The notes beneath the pieces are model-generated. The model made no database searches and had not been told where the DNA came from. It worked only from the letters and a program-made list of their open reading frames with translations. A stretch of 60,238 bases of DNA, filler included, from Myxococcota bacterium (GTDB lineage Bacteria > Myxococcota > Myxococcia > Myxococcales > Myxococcaceae): assembly GCA_049322255.1 (NCBI GenBank). It is 6 parts of 6 records of this genome, joined end to end, with 100 filler letters (N's around TTAATTAATTAA, not from the genome) between each part and the next. Parts side by side here need not be neighbours in the genome. Positions count along the whole stretch, not along the records: positions 21,170 to 31,390 come from JBMORE010000131.1; positions 31,491 to 41,666 come from JBMORE010000132.1; 4 more parts are not named here. The stretch is one strand, 5' to 3'. Made by a program: the position numbers and the translations under genes. Shown here in pieces: positions 28,202-39,461 of the stretch. The first letter of the stretch is position 1. Each line of letters opens with the position of its first letter.

Positions 28202-28918
28202 ATGCGGCGCATGCAGATTCCAGGGTTTCCCGCGGTGCAATCGACGGCGGCGAAGTTGGCGATAGGGCTCATCGCCGGCTCGGTGCTCTTCGCGCTCACC
28301 CGCGGCTCGTTCGGAGCCTTGCTGGTGCTCACTCCCGAGCTGGCTCTGCGCCACTTCATGCTCTGGCAGCCCCTCACCTACACCTTCATCGAGACCTCTC
28401 CTTTGGGGGTCATCTTCGGGGCGCTCATCATCTGGTCGATTGGCGGCGCCCTGGAGATGTCCTGGGGAGCGCGGCGCATGCTCTTCTTCGCCGTGGGGGT
28501 GACGGTCCTCGCCGGGGTGCTCACCGCGCTCGTGGGGCTTTTCTCGCCGGTGATCGCCGGCCTGCCCTTCGGAGGGGGCACGGTGATGGTCACCGCCCTC
28601 TGGGTGGGTTACGGGCTGTCCTTCGGCACCCGGCAGACCAACTTCTGGGGCTTGCCCGTCACCGGCCACGTGTTCGCCCTCATCGGCGTCGGCTTCGTGT
28701 TCTTGAACGGCGCCTTCGGCAGCTGGCTCGTCGTCATTCCCGACGCCCTGGGCATTCTGCTCACCGCCTACTACGTGAAGATGGGCAGCCCGCGCGTCTT
28801 GTGGCTGCGCTTTACGTCCTGGCGGCTGCAGCGGCAGCTCAAAGCCCGGTCTTCGCACCTCAAGGTGATCGGGGGCGACCGCAACATGCGCAGCGATTCG
28901 GACCGTTACCTGCACTAA
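28202..28918 (+). CDS. rhomboid-like intramembrane protein (DUF1751-like)
   Basis: LWQPLTYTF, IGGALEMSWG, multiple TMs; no clear catalytic GxSG. Confidence 0.75.
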   Translation: MRRMQIPGFPAVQSTAAKLAIGLIAGSVLFALTRGSFGALLVLTPELALRHFMLWQPLTYTFIETSPLGVIFGALIIWSIGGALEMSWGARRMLFFAVGVTVLAGVLTALVGLFSPVIAGLPFGGGTVMVTALWVGYGLSFGTRQTNFWGLPVTGHVFALIGVGFVFLNGAFGSWLVVIPDALGILLTAYYVKMGSPRVLWLRFTSWRLQRQLKARSSHLKVIGGDRNMRSDSDRYLH

Positions 28919-28935
28919 AAGCCGGCGAACGCTGG

Positions 28936-28960
28936 GCTATCCGGGCCCCACGCTGCGCAC
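28936..28960 (-). repeat. orphan duplicate of the 3' end (VRSVGPG*) of the gene ending at 29805
   Basis: 25-nt direct repeat with 29804-29828; 2 mismatches, both synonymous. Confidence 0.85.
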
Positions 28961-28969
28961 AGGGCCGGG

Positions 28970-28999
28970 TTGTTCTTCCTCATCGTGTCGCCCTATCGT
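28970..28999 (+). promoter_or_regulatory. candidate sigma70 promoter for a leaderless NTase transcript
   Basis: TTGTTC-N18-TATCGT ending 6 nt before ATG 29006; no SD. Confidence 0.4.
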
Positions 29000-29005
29000 C
29001 GAGTG

Positions 29006-29602
29006 ATGGAGCTGCGGGACGAGTTGCGGGCCCTTTGCGGCGCGGGTGACGTGCGGGAGCATTTGGTAGAGGTGGCCGCGATCCTCGCCGAGGCGTTGCG
29101 CGCGGTTGGCATCGACCCGATCCTCGTTGGCGGCGGCGCCGCGCAGTTCCACACGGCGGGCGGATACGTCAGCGGTGATATCGACCTGGTCGCCGCGGGA
29201 AACCCGCAGCAGGCACTCGAGCGCCTCGGCTTCGAGCGAAAAGGGCGCTACTACGTTCACCCGGAATTTGGGCTCTGGGTGGAGTTCCCGTCGGGCCAGC
29301 TGGACCCCGGTGAGTCGAGCGTTGCCGTCAATGTGCGCGGCCGCAAGCTGTTGGTCATCTCGGCGCCCGACCTGCTGCTCGACCGCCTGAACGGCCTCAA
29401 GTGGGGCGGCGCGGAGGTCGATGGCGTCACCGCGCTGCTCATGTTGAGGCTACATCCTGGAATCGATGACAAAGAGGTTCGTCGCCGTGCGGCCGAGCAA
29501 CGGGTGCTGGATGCGCTGAATGGGCTGGTGGAAGAAATCGACAGCGGCGATGGGCCAGACGTCATCGTCCAACGCGTGCGACAGAGACTGAGGAAACCAT
29601 GA
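29006..29602 (+). CDS. nucleotidyltransferase-superfamily protein (DUF6036-like), putative TA component
   Basis: PILVGGGAAQFHTAGGYVSGDIDLV motif; APDLLLDRL. Confidence 0.75.
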   Translation: MELRDELRALCGAGDVREHLVEVAAILAEALRAVGIDPILVGGGAAQFHTAGGYVSGDIDLVAAGNPQQALERLGFERKGRYYVHPEFGLWVEFPSGQLDPGESSVAVNVRGRKLLVISAPDLLLDRLNGLKWGGAEVDGVTALLMLRLHPGIDDKEVRRRAAEQRVLDALNGLVEEIDSGDGPDVIVQRVRQRLRKP

Positions 29603-29808
29603 AGGAGATTGACTACGACACCTACCAGCGCCTGCTGCGAGAGCGTCGCGCCTCGCTGGGAGAGCGGTGGCAGCGCATCGACCCATCTGGGATGACGCAC
29701 AAGCCACGCCCCCCGGAGAAGCGGCAGTGGCTCCTCGAGCACGACCTGTTGACGACGCCCAAAGAAGCCCCCGGCCCTTGGAAGCCGAAGTACCGACAGG
29801 GGAGCTAG
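29599..29808 (+). CDS. small hypothetical protein (69 aa) coupled to the NTase
   Basis: ATGA overlap with NTase stop; GAGG RBS. Confidence 0.65.
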   Translation: MKEIDYDTYQRLLRERRASLGERWQRIDPSGMTHKPRPPEKRQWLLEHDLLTTPKEAPGPWKPKYRQGS

Positions 29809-31390
29809 CCCGGCCCCACGCTGCGCACGCTGGCGCGGTAGACGAAGATGCGCGCGGTGTTGGTGCGGTTGTCCGCGGGGACCATGAAGAAACCGGGCAG
29901 GTCGTCGTGCACGTCGTTGGAGAACCCGGCCACCTGGCGGCCGTCGTTGAAGGTGACGCGAACCTTTTCGCCGTTGGTGGGGCTGGGCTGCTTGCCCGGT
30001 GGGAGCATGAAGAACACCGCCTTCATTCGCTGAATGGGAATGTTCTCGGGCGCGTGACCGGCCTGAAGCTCGAGGGCGATGGTGGCGTCGAGCAAGTCGA
30101 CGTCGCGAATCACTCCGCGCTTCACCTGTCCCTCGATGGTGTGAACGATGACCCGATGCTCGCCCGCAACATACGCCGAGGCGAGCGCGCCCGGTTGTCC
30201 GAAGGCCGACGTCGGCTTGCCGCCACCCAAGGGGGGCGCCAGTGGAGCCATATTGACCGGGGCAGGAGCGGGAGGCGGCGGAGCCTCAGGTTCGGCTTCA
30301 TCGACGAGGTCGATTTCCTCCTCTGGCTCTTCAGCAGGCGACATTGCCACCGGCGTACCGACGGCGATCGGTTCGGGCGTGACGACGACGTTCGGTTTCA
30401 GCTCAGGCGAGACGATGACGCTCGGCTCCGGATCGGGCGGGTTCCAATCGGTCGTGATGTCCACGTCGAAGGAGGGGGGGGAAGGAGCGGGTGCCTCGGG
30501 GACGACAGGAGCTGGCACGAAGCTGGCGCCGGCGGAGCGTACCTGGGGGGAGTCGATGAAGTCGGCGGCGCTGGCCAGTGGCACTTGCTCCTCGCCGAGT
30601 GGAAGCGATTCCTCTGAAAGCTCGGTGGCCGAAGTGTTGGCGATCGCCGCCAGAGACCCGGACTGCACCTCGGGCATCGGTTCCTCGAGAGAGACGTCGA
30701 TGGCTGTTTTGGCAGTAGGGCTGGGTTGACGCTCGTACTGGACGAAGTCGGACGCACTGGCGAGCGGCGGGGTGTCGTCGGGGCTCCCAGAGAGGGAATC
30801 CTCCTCGCGATCGGAATCGAGGAGATCGATGACTGGGGAATCGTCAACGTCGACCGAGGGTGCCTCGTTGGCCGGTGGCGGCGACGGCTGAACGGCAGGG
30901 GTCGGGTCAAAGACCGGGGCCGCGGAGAAACCCAACGGCTCGGAGGCAGCCTCCATAGAAGGCAACTCGAAGGCGCCATGCGCGGCGAAGGGATCGGGAG
31001 CGGCGTCAACTTCCGGTGCCGGTGTCAGCACGGAAGGTGGGGGCGCAGACGCGATGCGTGGCTCCTGTAGCGGTACATAGAATCTCGCGGTTACCTCGGG
31101 AGGAGGCTCCGGGGACGTGGGCTCCGGCTCGGGTGCGACGAAGGCGTTCGGCTCTGGCTCGGGCGCGACGAAGGCGCTCGGTTCAGGCTCCGGTGCGACG
31201 ACGCTCGGCTCCGGTGCGACGACGCTCGGCTCCGGTGCGACGGCGCTCGGCTCCGGCGCGACGAAGGCGCTCGGCTCCGGTGCGACGAAGCTCGGCTCCG
31301 GTGCGACGACGCTCGGCTCCGGTGCGACGGCGCTCGGCTCCGGTGCGACGAAGGCGCTTGGCTCAGGCTCCGGCGCGACAAACGCGCTCG
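29805..31390 (-). CDS. large acidic Pro/Glu-rich protein with conserved C-terminal domain (DUF6982/FrgA-like), 5' truncated
   Basis: frame open to contig end through VAPEP repeats; C-terminal EHRVIVHTIEGQVKRG..KAVFF..VTFNDGRQVAG..GFFMVPAD. Confidence 0.75.
31120..31390 (-). repeat. coding minisatellite, 11 VAPEP units of 21/24/30 bp
   Basis: recurrent GGCTCCGGTGCGAC core on the + strand; contig ends inside the array. Confidence 0.9.
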
Positions 31391-31490
31391 NNNNNNNNNN
31401 NNNNNNNNNNNNNNNNNNNNNNNNNNNNNNNNNNTTAATTAATTAANNNNNNNNNNNNNNNNNNNNNNNNNNNNNNNNNNNNNNNNNNNN
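31391..31490. other. artificial contig linker
   Basis: N44-TTAATTAATTAA-N44. Confidence 0.99.
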
Positions 31491-31614
31491 ACGCGCGCCT
31501 TGAACGCCGGGTCGTACCGCTTCGAGTTCTTCTTCCCCATGGGACAGCTCCTTCATCATGGAGCTGCCTCGAAACGCAAAGATCGGGGTGGTCCGAAAAA
31601 CGGGGTCCACTTCA
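31491..31614 (-). mobile_element. left end of an IS3-family insertion sequence (IRL and start of orfA)
   Basis: 5'-TGAAGTGGACCCCGTTTTTCGGACCA IRL; AAGGAG RBS and ATG 31540 giving MGKKNSKRYDPAFKAR (HTH_Tnp_1-like). Confidence 0.85.
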
Positions 31615-32840
31615 ACCGACTGATCCGTCGGGTCAGCGGTCCAGGCGGGGCTGGCCGAAAGGCCGGTCGAACCGCCCAGATAGAGATAGGCTCGTCCCTC
31701 AGAGGATGCGGCTCCGTTCCATGCAGACGCGCACACGAAGACATCGGCGTAACCATCGCCGTTGACATCTCCGGCGGCGCCCACACTCGAGCCGAACAGA
31801 GCGGCGATCTGATCCGCCGGGTCGGCGGTCCACGAGGGGTTTGGAACCAGACCCGCAGCGCTGCCGAAATAGACGTAGGCGCGTCCTTCGCCAGCAGACG
31901 TTCCGTTCCACCAGGAGGCGCCGACGATGACGTCACCGAACCCATCTCCGTCGATGTCGCCTGCGCTCGCTGCGGAAGCGCCGAAGGCAGCCCCCGTTTG
32001 GTCGGTCGGGTCTGCCGTCCAACTCGGGCTGGTGGACAGCCCCGTCGGTCCACCCAAATACAAATAGGCACGTCCCTCACCGGTGGCTGTACCGGTCCAC
32101 GAAATGGCGCCGACGATGACATCGCCATACCCGTCTGCGTTGACATCGCCAGCGCTCGCTACTGAAAACCCGAAGCCGGCTCCCAATTGATCTGTCGGGT
32201 CGGCTACCCAGGAAGGCGTGACGGTCAGGCCCGCCGGTCCACCCAAATACAAATAAACGCGTCCCTCGTTGGCGGCTTCGCCGTCCCAGTTGGGGCTGCC
32301 GACGATCAAATCGGCATACCCGTCCGCGTTGACATCGCCCGCGCTCGCCGAAGAAAACCCGAAGCCGGCGGAGGCCTGATCGGCCGGATCGGCCGTCCAA
32401 GAAGAGGTCGTGCTCAGGCCCGCCGGCCCCCCATAGTACAGATACACCCGCCCTTCGGTGACAGTGCCGTCGCTCCAGTTGGGGGCTCCCACCACCACGT
32501 CCCCATACCCATCGCCGTTCACGTCACCGGCGCCCGTCACTGTCCAACCAAACCGCGTGTTGGCCTGGTCGGTTGGGTCCGCTGTCCACAGCGGAGCTCC
32601 AGCCAAGCCCGCAGCGCTCCCCAGGAACAGAAAGGCACGCCCCTCTCCAGTGGCCTCGCCGCTCCAATTCCAGGCACCGACTACGACGTCGCCGAAACCA
32701 TCACCGTCGACGTCGCCCGCGCTCGCTACGCTGGAGCCAAAGAGAGCGTCCATCTGGTCGGTCGGGTCGGCGGTCCAAGACTCGGTCGTCAGGAGCGGCC
32801 CCAAAACGACAGACACGCCTATCGCCAGCGCCAACCTCAC
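31615..32840 (-). pseudogene. FG-GAP/integrin-alpha beta-propeller protein interrupted by IS3
   Basis: six 63-aa repeats WTADPTDQ..FG..AGDVNGDG.GD..VGA..EGRAYLY; the seventh is cut at WTADPTDQSV by the IS end. Confidence 0.85.
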
Positions 32841-35317
32841 ACGCGGATTTCGGGCTTCTCCCCGCTCGGTGCCACCGGACCACCGTCAGGGGTGCCTCCC
32901 GCGGTGGGAGCGCCCTTGAACGGGTTCTGCTCCAGCGCGTTGAGCAAGACCTCGTCCATGCGGCTGGCGAAGATGAACTCCAGCTCCTTCTTCGCCTGCT
33001 CGGGTACATCGATGAGGTCCTTCTTGTTGCGCTCGGGGAGGATGACCCGCTTGATGCCGGCACGGTGCGCTGCCAACACTTTCTCCTTGATACCGCCTAC
33101 CGGCAACACCAGCCCGCGCAAGGTGGCTTCGCCGGTCATCGCGGTGTCACTACGCACGCGAATGCCGGTCATCAACGAAGTGAGCGCGGTGAGAATGGTC
33201 ACGCCCGCGCTGGGCCCGTCCTTGGGAATGGAACCGGCGGGGAAGTGCAAGTGCACGTCGGTCTTCTCGAGGAAGTTGGGGTTGATGCCCAACACCTCAC
33301 TCTTGGCGCGCAGGTAGGAGAGCGCCGCCTGGGCCGACTCTTTCATCACGTCACCCAGCTGGCCGGTGAGCGTCATGCCTCCCTTACCCACCATCTTGGT
33401 GCACTCGATGAAGAGCAGGTCGCCGCCGGCTGCGGTCCACGCCAACCCGGTGGCCACCCCGGGCACTTCGGTGCGCTCAGCCACCTCGGAGTAGAACCGC
33501 TCCGGTCCGAGAATTTCGCTGACCCGCTCGGCGGAGATGGTCTGCTTCTCGGTCTTTCCCGAAGCCACCTCCACGGCCACCGCGCGGCAGACGTCGGCGA
33601 TGCGCCGCTCGAGGTTACGCACCCCGGCCTCCCGCGTGTAGCTGACGAGAATGGTGTGGAGCGCCTTGTCCTCGAGAACGATGTGGTCGGCCGTGAGCCC
33701 GTGCTCTTTGAGCTGCTTGGGAATGAGGTGGATCTTGGCGATCTGCTCCTTCTCGTCGAAGGTGTAGCCGGACAGCTCGATGATCTCCATGCGGTCCTTG
33801 AGCGGACCAGGAATGGGGTCGAGCATGTTGGCAGTGGCAATGAACATGACCTTCGACAGATCGAACGGCACGTCGAGGTAGTGGTCGGAGAAGGAGTTGT
33901 TCTGCTCAGGGTCGAGAACCTCGAGCAGCGCCGCCGAAGGGTCGCCACGGAAGTCGGCCCCCAGCTTGTCGATTTCGTCGAGCATCATCACCGGGTTCTT
34001 GGTGCTCGCCTTCTTCATGCTCTGAATGAAGCGGCCGGGGAGGGCGCCCACGTAGGTGCGCCGGTGCCCGCGAATCTCCGCCTCGTCGCGCACCCCACCC
34101 AAGGACAGGCGCACGAACTTGCGGCCCACCGCCTTGGCGATCGACTGACCCAGCGAGGTCTTACCGACGCCCGGTGGACCCACCAGACACAAGATGGGCC
34201 CTTTCATGTCGTTCTTGAGCTTGCGCACCGCCAGGTACTCGAGAATGCGCTTTTTCACCTTCTGAATGCCGAAGTGGTCGGCGTCGAGAATCTTCCGCGC
34301 GTTCTCGATGTCCAGGTTGTCGTCGCTTTGCTTGCTCCAGGGCAGGTCGGCGATCCAGTCGAGGTAGGTGCGGGCGACGGTGTACTCGCTGGACGCGGCG
34401 GGAATGGTTTTGAGCCGGTTGAGCTCCTTTTGAGCGACCTTCTCCACGTCGGGGGGCAGGCCGGCCTTCTTCAGCCGCTCCTGCAGCTCGTCGAGCTCTT
34501 CTTCCTCCTCTCCCATCTCGCCCAGCTCTTCCTTGATCGCCTTGAGCTGCTGGCGCAGGTAGTACTCCCGCTGGGTCTTCGACATCTCGCCTTTGACCGC
34601 GGAGTCGATCTTGTTCGAGAGCTTGAGGATCTCGCGCTTGCGGTTGAGCAGCTCGAGCACCAGCTTCATCCGCGCCTTCAAGTCTACTGTCTCCAGCACC
34701 GCCTGTTTTTCCTCGATCGGCACGTCGACGTTGGCAGCGATGAGGTCTGCCAAGTGGCCGGGATGGGTGATCGACTCCACGAGCTCCGTGGCGGCGGCCG
34801 GCAGCTCGGGCATCAGCTCGATCACCTCACGGGCGAGCTTCTTTAGATTGATGCCCAGCGCCTCCACCTCCACGTTCTCAGCGGCGGTCTTGTCCTCCAC
34901 CGGCTCGATGCGGGCTTTGAGGTAGGGCGCTTCTTGCACCAGGTCGACCACCCGGAAGCGGGCCAACCCCTGCACCACCAGCGAGTAGTTGTCCTCTCCC
35001 ATCTTGAGCAGCTTCACGATGCGGGCCACGGTGCCCATCGAGTAGAGGTCGGCTGACCCGGGGTCTTCCTCCTCCGCCTTGCGCTGGGTGACCACGCCGA
35101 TCACCTGGTCATCGCGCACCGCGTCCTTGATCAGCGCGATGGTCTTTTGCCTGCCCACCGCCAGCGGGAGCACGCCCCCCGGGAAGAACACCGAGTTCCG
35201 CAAGGGGAGAATGGGCAACACCTGAGGGATGTCGTCCTTGTTGATGAGCCCAGGAGGCGACATCGGGGCTGCCATCGGCTGGGCCGCGCCGCCACCTTTC
35301 TTCTTTTCGTCGGACAT
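32837..35317 (-). CDS. lon: ATP-dependent Lon protease (LonD/BsgA type)
   Basis: LON N-domain, GPPGVGKT, PKDGPSAG, GGIKEK; N-terminus MSDEKKKG..PPGLINKDDIPQVLPILPLRNS matches my recollection of M. xanthus LonD. Confidence 0.97.
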   Translation of the reverse strand: MSDEKKKGGGAAQPMAAPMSPPGLINKDDIPQVLPILPLRNSVFFPGGVLPLAVGRQKTIALIKDAVRDDQVIGVVTQRKAEEEDPGSADLYSMGTVARIVKLLKMGEDNYSLVVQGLARFRVVDLVQEAPYLKARIEPVEDKTAAENVEVEALGINLKKLAREVIELMPELPAAATELVESITHPGHLADLIAANVDVPIEEKQAVLETVDLKARMKLVLELLNRKREILKLSNKIDSAVKGEMSKTQREYYLRQQLKAIKEELGEMGEEEEELDELQERLKKAGLPPDVEKVAQKELNRLKTIPAASSEYTVARTYLDWIADLPWSKQSDDNLDIENARKILDADHFGIQKVKKRILEYLAVRKLKNDMKGPILCLVGPPGVGKTSLGQSIAKAVGRKFVRLSLGGVRDEAEIRGHRRTYVGALPGRFIQSMKKASTKNPVMMLDEIDKLGADFRGDPSAALLEVLDPEQNNSFSDHYLDVPFDLSKVMFIATANMLDPIPGPLKDRMEIIELSGYTFDEKEQIAKIHLIPKQLKEHGLTADHIVLEDKALHTILVSYTREAGVRNLERRIADVCRAVAVEVASGKTEKQTISAERVSEILGPERFYSEVAERTEVPGVATGLAWTAAGGDLLFIECTKMVGKGGMTLTGQLGDVMKESAQAALSYLRAKSEVLGINPNFLEKTDVHLHFPAGSIPKDGPSAGVTILTALTSLMTGIRVRSDTAMTGEATLRGLVLPVGGIKEKVLAAHRAGIKRVILPERNKKDLIDVPEQAKKELEFIFASRMDEVLLNALEQNPFKGAPTAGGTPDGGPVAPSGEKPEIRV

Positions 35318-35441
35318 GTGAGTTCGCTCCTGGGGTAAACGACTTCTAGTGCTTGTAGTTCAGCACCCTTAGCGCCGCAATGAAAACTGGGCCGAGCGAG
35401 CAACCTCCCCTGGCGAACACAAGCTCGCCCCCGAGCAAAGG

Positions 35442-35466
35442 CTGGGGCATGCTTACCCCCGTCAAG
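35442..35466 (-). promoter_or_regulatory. possible heat-shock (sigma32-like) promoter upstream of lon
   Basis: CTTGAC-N13-CCCCAG on the minus strand. Confidence 0.25.
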
Positions 35467-35493
35467 GCCGCTTGAAAGCTTTAGGAGAAGTCC

Positions 35494-36729
35494 ATGGCTC
35501 GGTTCACTCGCGCCCTCGCGGGAGTCATCGCCGTGCTCGCCCTCGCCCGGTGTGGCGCCTGCACCTCCCCCGTCGACGACCCGACGTCGAAGGTCCCCGG
35601 TCAATGCCAGGCGGAGCAGCCGCTCCTCGAGCCCCAGAAGCTCGACATCCTCTTCGTGATCGACAACTCCGGCTCGATGAAGGAGGAACAAGAGGGAGTG
35701 GCCCGCGAGCTCACCGCCTTCGTCGACGAGGTCAAGCGCGGTGGTGGTGTGGCGCAGGACTTTCATGTCGGCGTCATCACCACTTCGGTGTACCAGCACA
35801 CGTTGGTCAACAGCGTGCGTGGCTACCGGGAATACCCTGGCCAGGCAGGCAAGCTGCAGCCGGTGCCCGATGCGTCTTCCGACGGCGGTGTTCTTTTGGG
35901 CACGGGCACCGAACGCATGCTGTCGGGCACCGACCCCCAGCTGGTGGAGAAGTTCGCCCGGCTGGTGCAGGTGGGCACAACCGGCTCAGGCCAGGAGACC
36001 CCCTTCGAAGCTGCGAGGTTGGCGCTGACCGCCGATCACCTGATCAAAATGCCGATCGAAGAGGGTGGTAACGGCGGCTTCTTGCGCGACCGCGCACGGC
36101 TCCTGGTGGTGGTAGTGACCGACGAGGACGACTGCAGCGAAACTGCGCGCCCACCGGTGGTCACCGTGGGCTCCGATCCGAGGCGGGATTACTGCACCGA
36201 GCAGACCAATTCGCTCACTCCGCTGTTGGAGTACCACCAGATTTTCAGCACGCTGAAAGACGGCACCGGTGCCACCCGCGAAATCGTGTGGGCGACGATC
36301 GGCCCGGTGGGCGTTTCGAGCAAGCAAGTGCAGAGCGTGGTGGTGGACAACCACGTCGCCAACGTCGACTGCCCCACGAGCTACCAGCCAGGCTTCCGCC
36401 AACGGCAGCTGGCCGAGATGTTCAACGACTCGCTGGCGAACCTCGATTCAATTTGCAAGCCCTCCTACCGGGAAACGCTGGTGGCGATCGCCGGGCTGGC
36501 CAACATCAGCCAGACGCTGGAGGTGCGCAACGTGCCCGCGCCTGAGCTTTTGCAGCTCGAAATCATCCGCTTCGACGACAGCTCGGAGCTGTGCACCTTG
36601 TCCAATGGTGGGCTGACCGCCTACGACGAGCCGACCGCTGACCAGCCCGGGCGCATTCACTTCGGCAACCAGTGCCGCCGCCGCATCGACGACAAAGAAG
36701 TACGCATCAAGCTGATTTGCGCGGGATGA
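35494..36729 (+). CDS. VWA-domain (lipo)protein, myxobacterial type
   Basis: DILFVIDNSGSM MIDAS motif, VVTDEDDCS; N-terminal signal with Cys. Confidence 0.88.
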   Translation: MARFTRALAGVIAVLALARCGACTSPVDDPTSKVPGQCQAEQPLLEPQKLDILFVIDNSGSMKEEQEGVARELTAFVDEVKRGGGVAQDFHVGVITTSVYQHTLVNSVRGYREYPGQAGKLQPVPDASSDGGVLLGTGTERMLSGTDPQLVEKFARLVQVGTTGSGQETPFEAARLALTADHLIKMPIEEGGNGGFLRDRARLLVVVVTDEDDCSETARPPVVTVGSDPRRDYCTEQTNSLTPLLEYHQIFSTLKDGTGATREIVWATIGPVGVSSKQVQSVVVDNHVANVDCPTSYQPGFRQRQLAEMFNDSLANLDSICKPSYRETLVAIAGLANISQTLEVRNVPAPELLQLEIIRFDDSSELCTLSNGGLTAYDEPTADQPGRIHFGNQCRRRIDDKEVRIKLICAG

Positions 36730-36735
36730 GAGGAG

Positions 36736-36780
36736 CCCCTCTTCCCCTGGGAGAGGCTTGGAGCGAAGGGCAGGGAGGGA
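36736..36780 (+). repeat. degenerate REP-like palindrome
   Basis: CCCCTCTTCCCCTGGGAGAGG...AGGGCAGGGAGGG just after the VWA stop. Confidence 0.5.
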
Positions 36781-36813
36781 ACCCTCGCGCCCGCTGGTGC
36801 GTCTTTCGCGCAC

Positions 36814-37431
36814 GTGACTCTTCTGGCTCTTCGTGCCCTGGCCGTCGTCCTCCTCTTGTCGTGGCCCTGCTTCGCGTTGCCACCCGCGGTGGCGCGGAAG
36901 ATGGTCTTGGCCGCTCGTTCGGTGCTGGGCACGCCATACCAGTTTGGTGGCCGTCTGCGCCCCGGTGCCACCGGCATCGACTGCCAGGGGGTGGTGTTCT
37001 TCGCCGCCGAGGCGATCGGCCGGTGCGGCTGGAAGTCCTTCGCGGTGAACCCCACCGAGACGGTTTTGCGCAGAGAGCTGGGCGTACCTGTGAAAGGTCT
37101 GGCCCCAGTGCGCTCCGACCAATTGGACATCGGCAAGCTGCAGATGGGAGACGTGCTCATGCTTGTCGCGCCCGACCGAAATCCGCTCGAAGGCCCCATC
37201 GGGCAACTCGACGGCGGCGACGTCTGGGTCTGGCACGTGGGAGTGTATTCGGGAAACGGCAAGTGGATCGTCGGAGACCACTTTGCCGGCCGGGCGATTG
37301 AGACGCATCTCGCCGCCTACCTCACCGAGCACGCCCGCACCTATCGCGGTGTCTTCGTCACCCGCATGGAGAAGGGCCCTGCGCCCGCGCGCTGCCGCCG
37401 TCACCCGCCAATGGGAGAGCCACCGCGTTGA
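36814..37431 (+). CDS. secreted NlpC/P60-like cysteine hydrolase
   Basis: LGTPYQFGG, GIDCQG, WHVGVY; signal peptide. Confidence 0.85.
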   Translation: MTLLALRALAVVLLLSWPCFALPPAVARKMVLAARSVLGTPYQFGGRLRPGATGIDCQGVVFFAAEAIGRCGWKSFAVNPTETVLRRELGVPVKGLAPVRSDQLDIGKLQMGDVLMLVAPDRNPLEGPIGQLDGGDVWVWHVGVYSGNGKWIVGDHFAGRAIETHLAAYLTEHARTYRGVFVTRMEKGPAPARCRRHPPMGEPPR

Positions 37432-37491
37432 CGTGGCACCAGGTCGGCCGCTCGTCTTGCGAGGCATAGATCGCGGTGCTACATCGCCGCC

Positions 37492-39303
<1,812 letters not shown>

Positions 39304-39356
39304 ACGCCGAGGAGACGACGGAGGCGCCGCGCATCGGCATCGGTCGCGAGGAGCCC

Positions 39357-39461
39357 GTGGGTCCCAGCCCGCTCCTGGCTGCCGCGCTCGCCGTGCTGGT
39401 CGCGGTGGCGGTGTTCGCCTTCATCTGGAAACTGCGCAAGACCTTCGGGATGCAGGAGTAG
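39357..39461 (+). CDS. possible 34-aa single-TM protein (start uncertain)
   Basis: LLAAALAVLVAVAVFAFIW followed by KLRK; stop abuts the next ATG. Confidence 0.4.
   Translation: MGPSPLLAAALAVLVAVAVFAFIWKLRKTFGMQE

Noticed and set aside
28937..29260. 107-aa minus-strand ORF ending in VRSVGPG
   Set aside because: Antisense shadow of the NTase that happens to end in the duplicated gene tail; the repeat is real, the ORF probably is not.
31120..31390. Short tandem repeats resembling a CRISPR array
   Set aside because: No unique spacers; units are codon multiples encoding VAPEP in an open frame; no cas genes.
35348..35368. GTGCT-N8-AGCAC inverted repeat upstream of lon as a CIRCE element
   Set aside because: Arms are in the opposite order to CIRCE (TTAGCACTC-N9-GAGTGCTAA) and too short.
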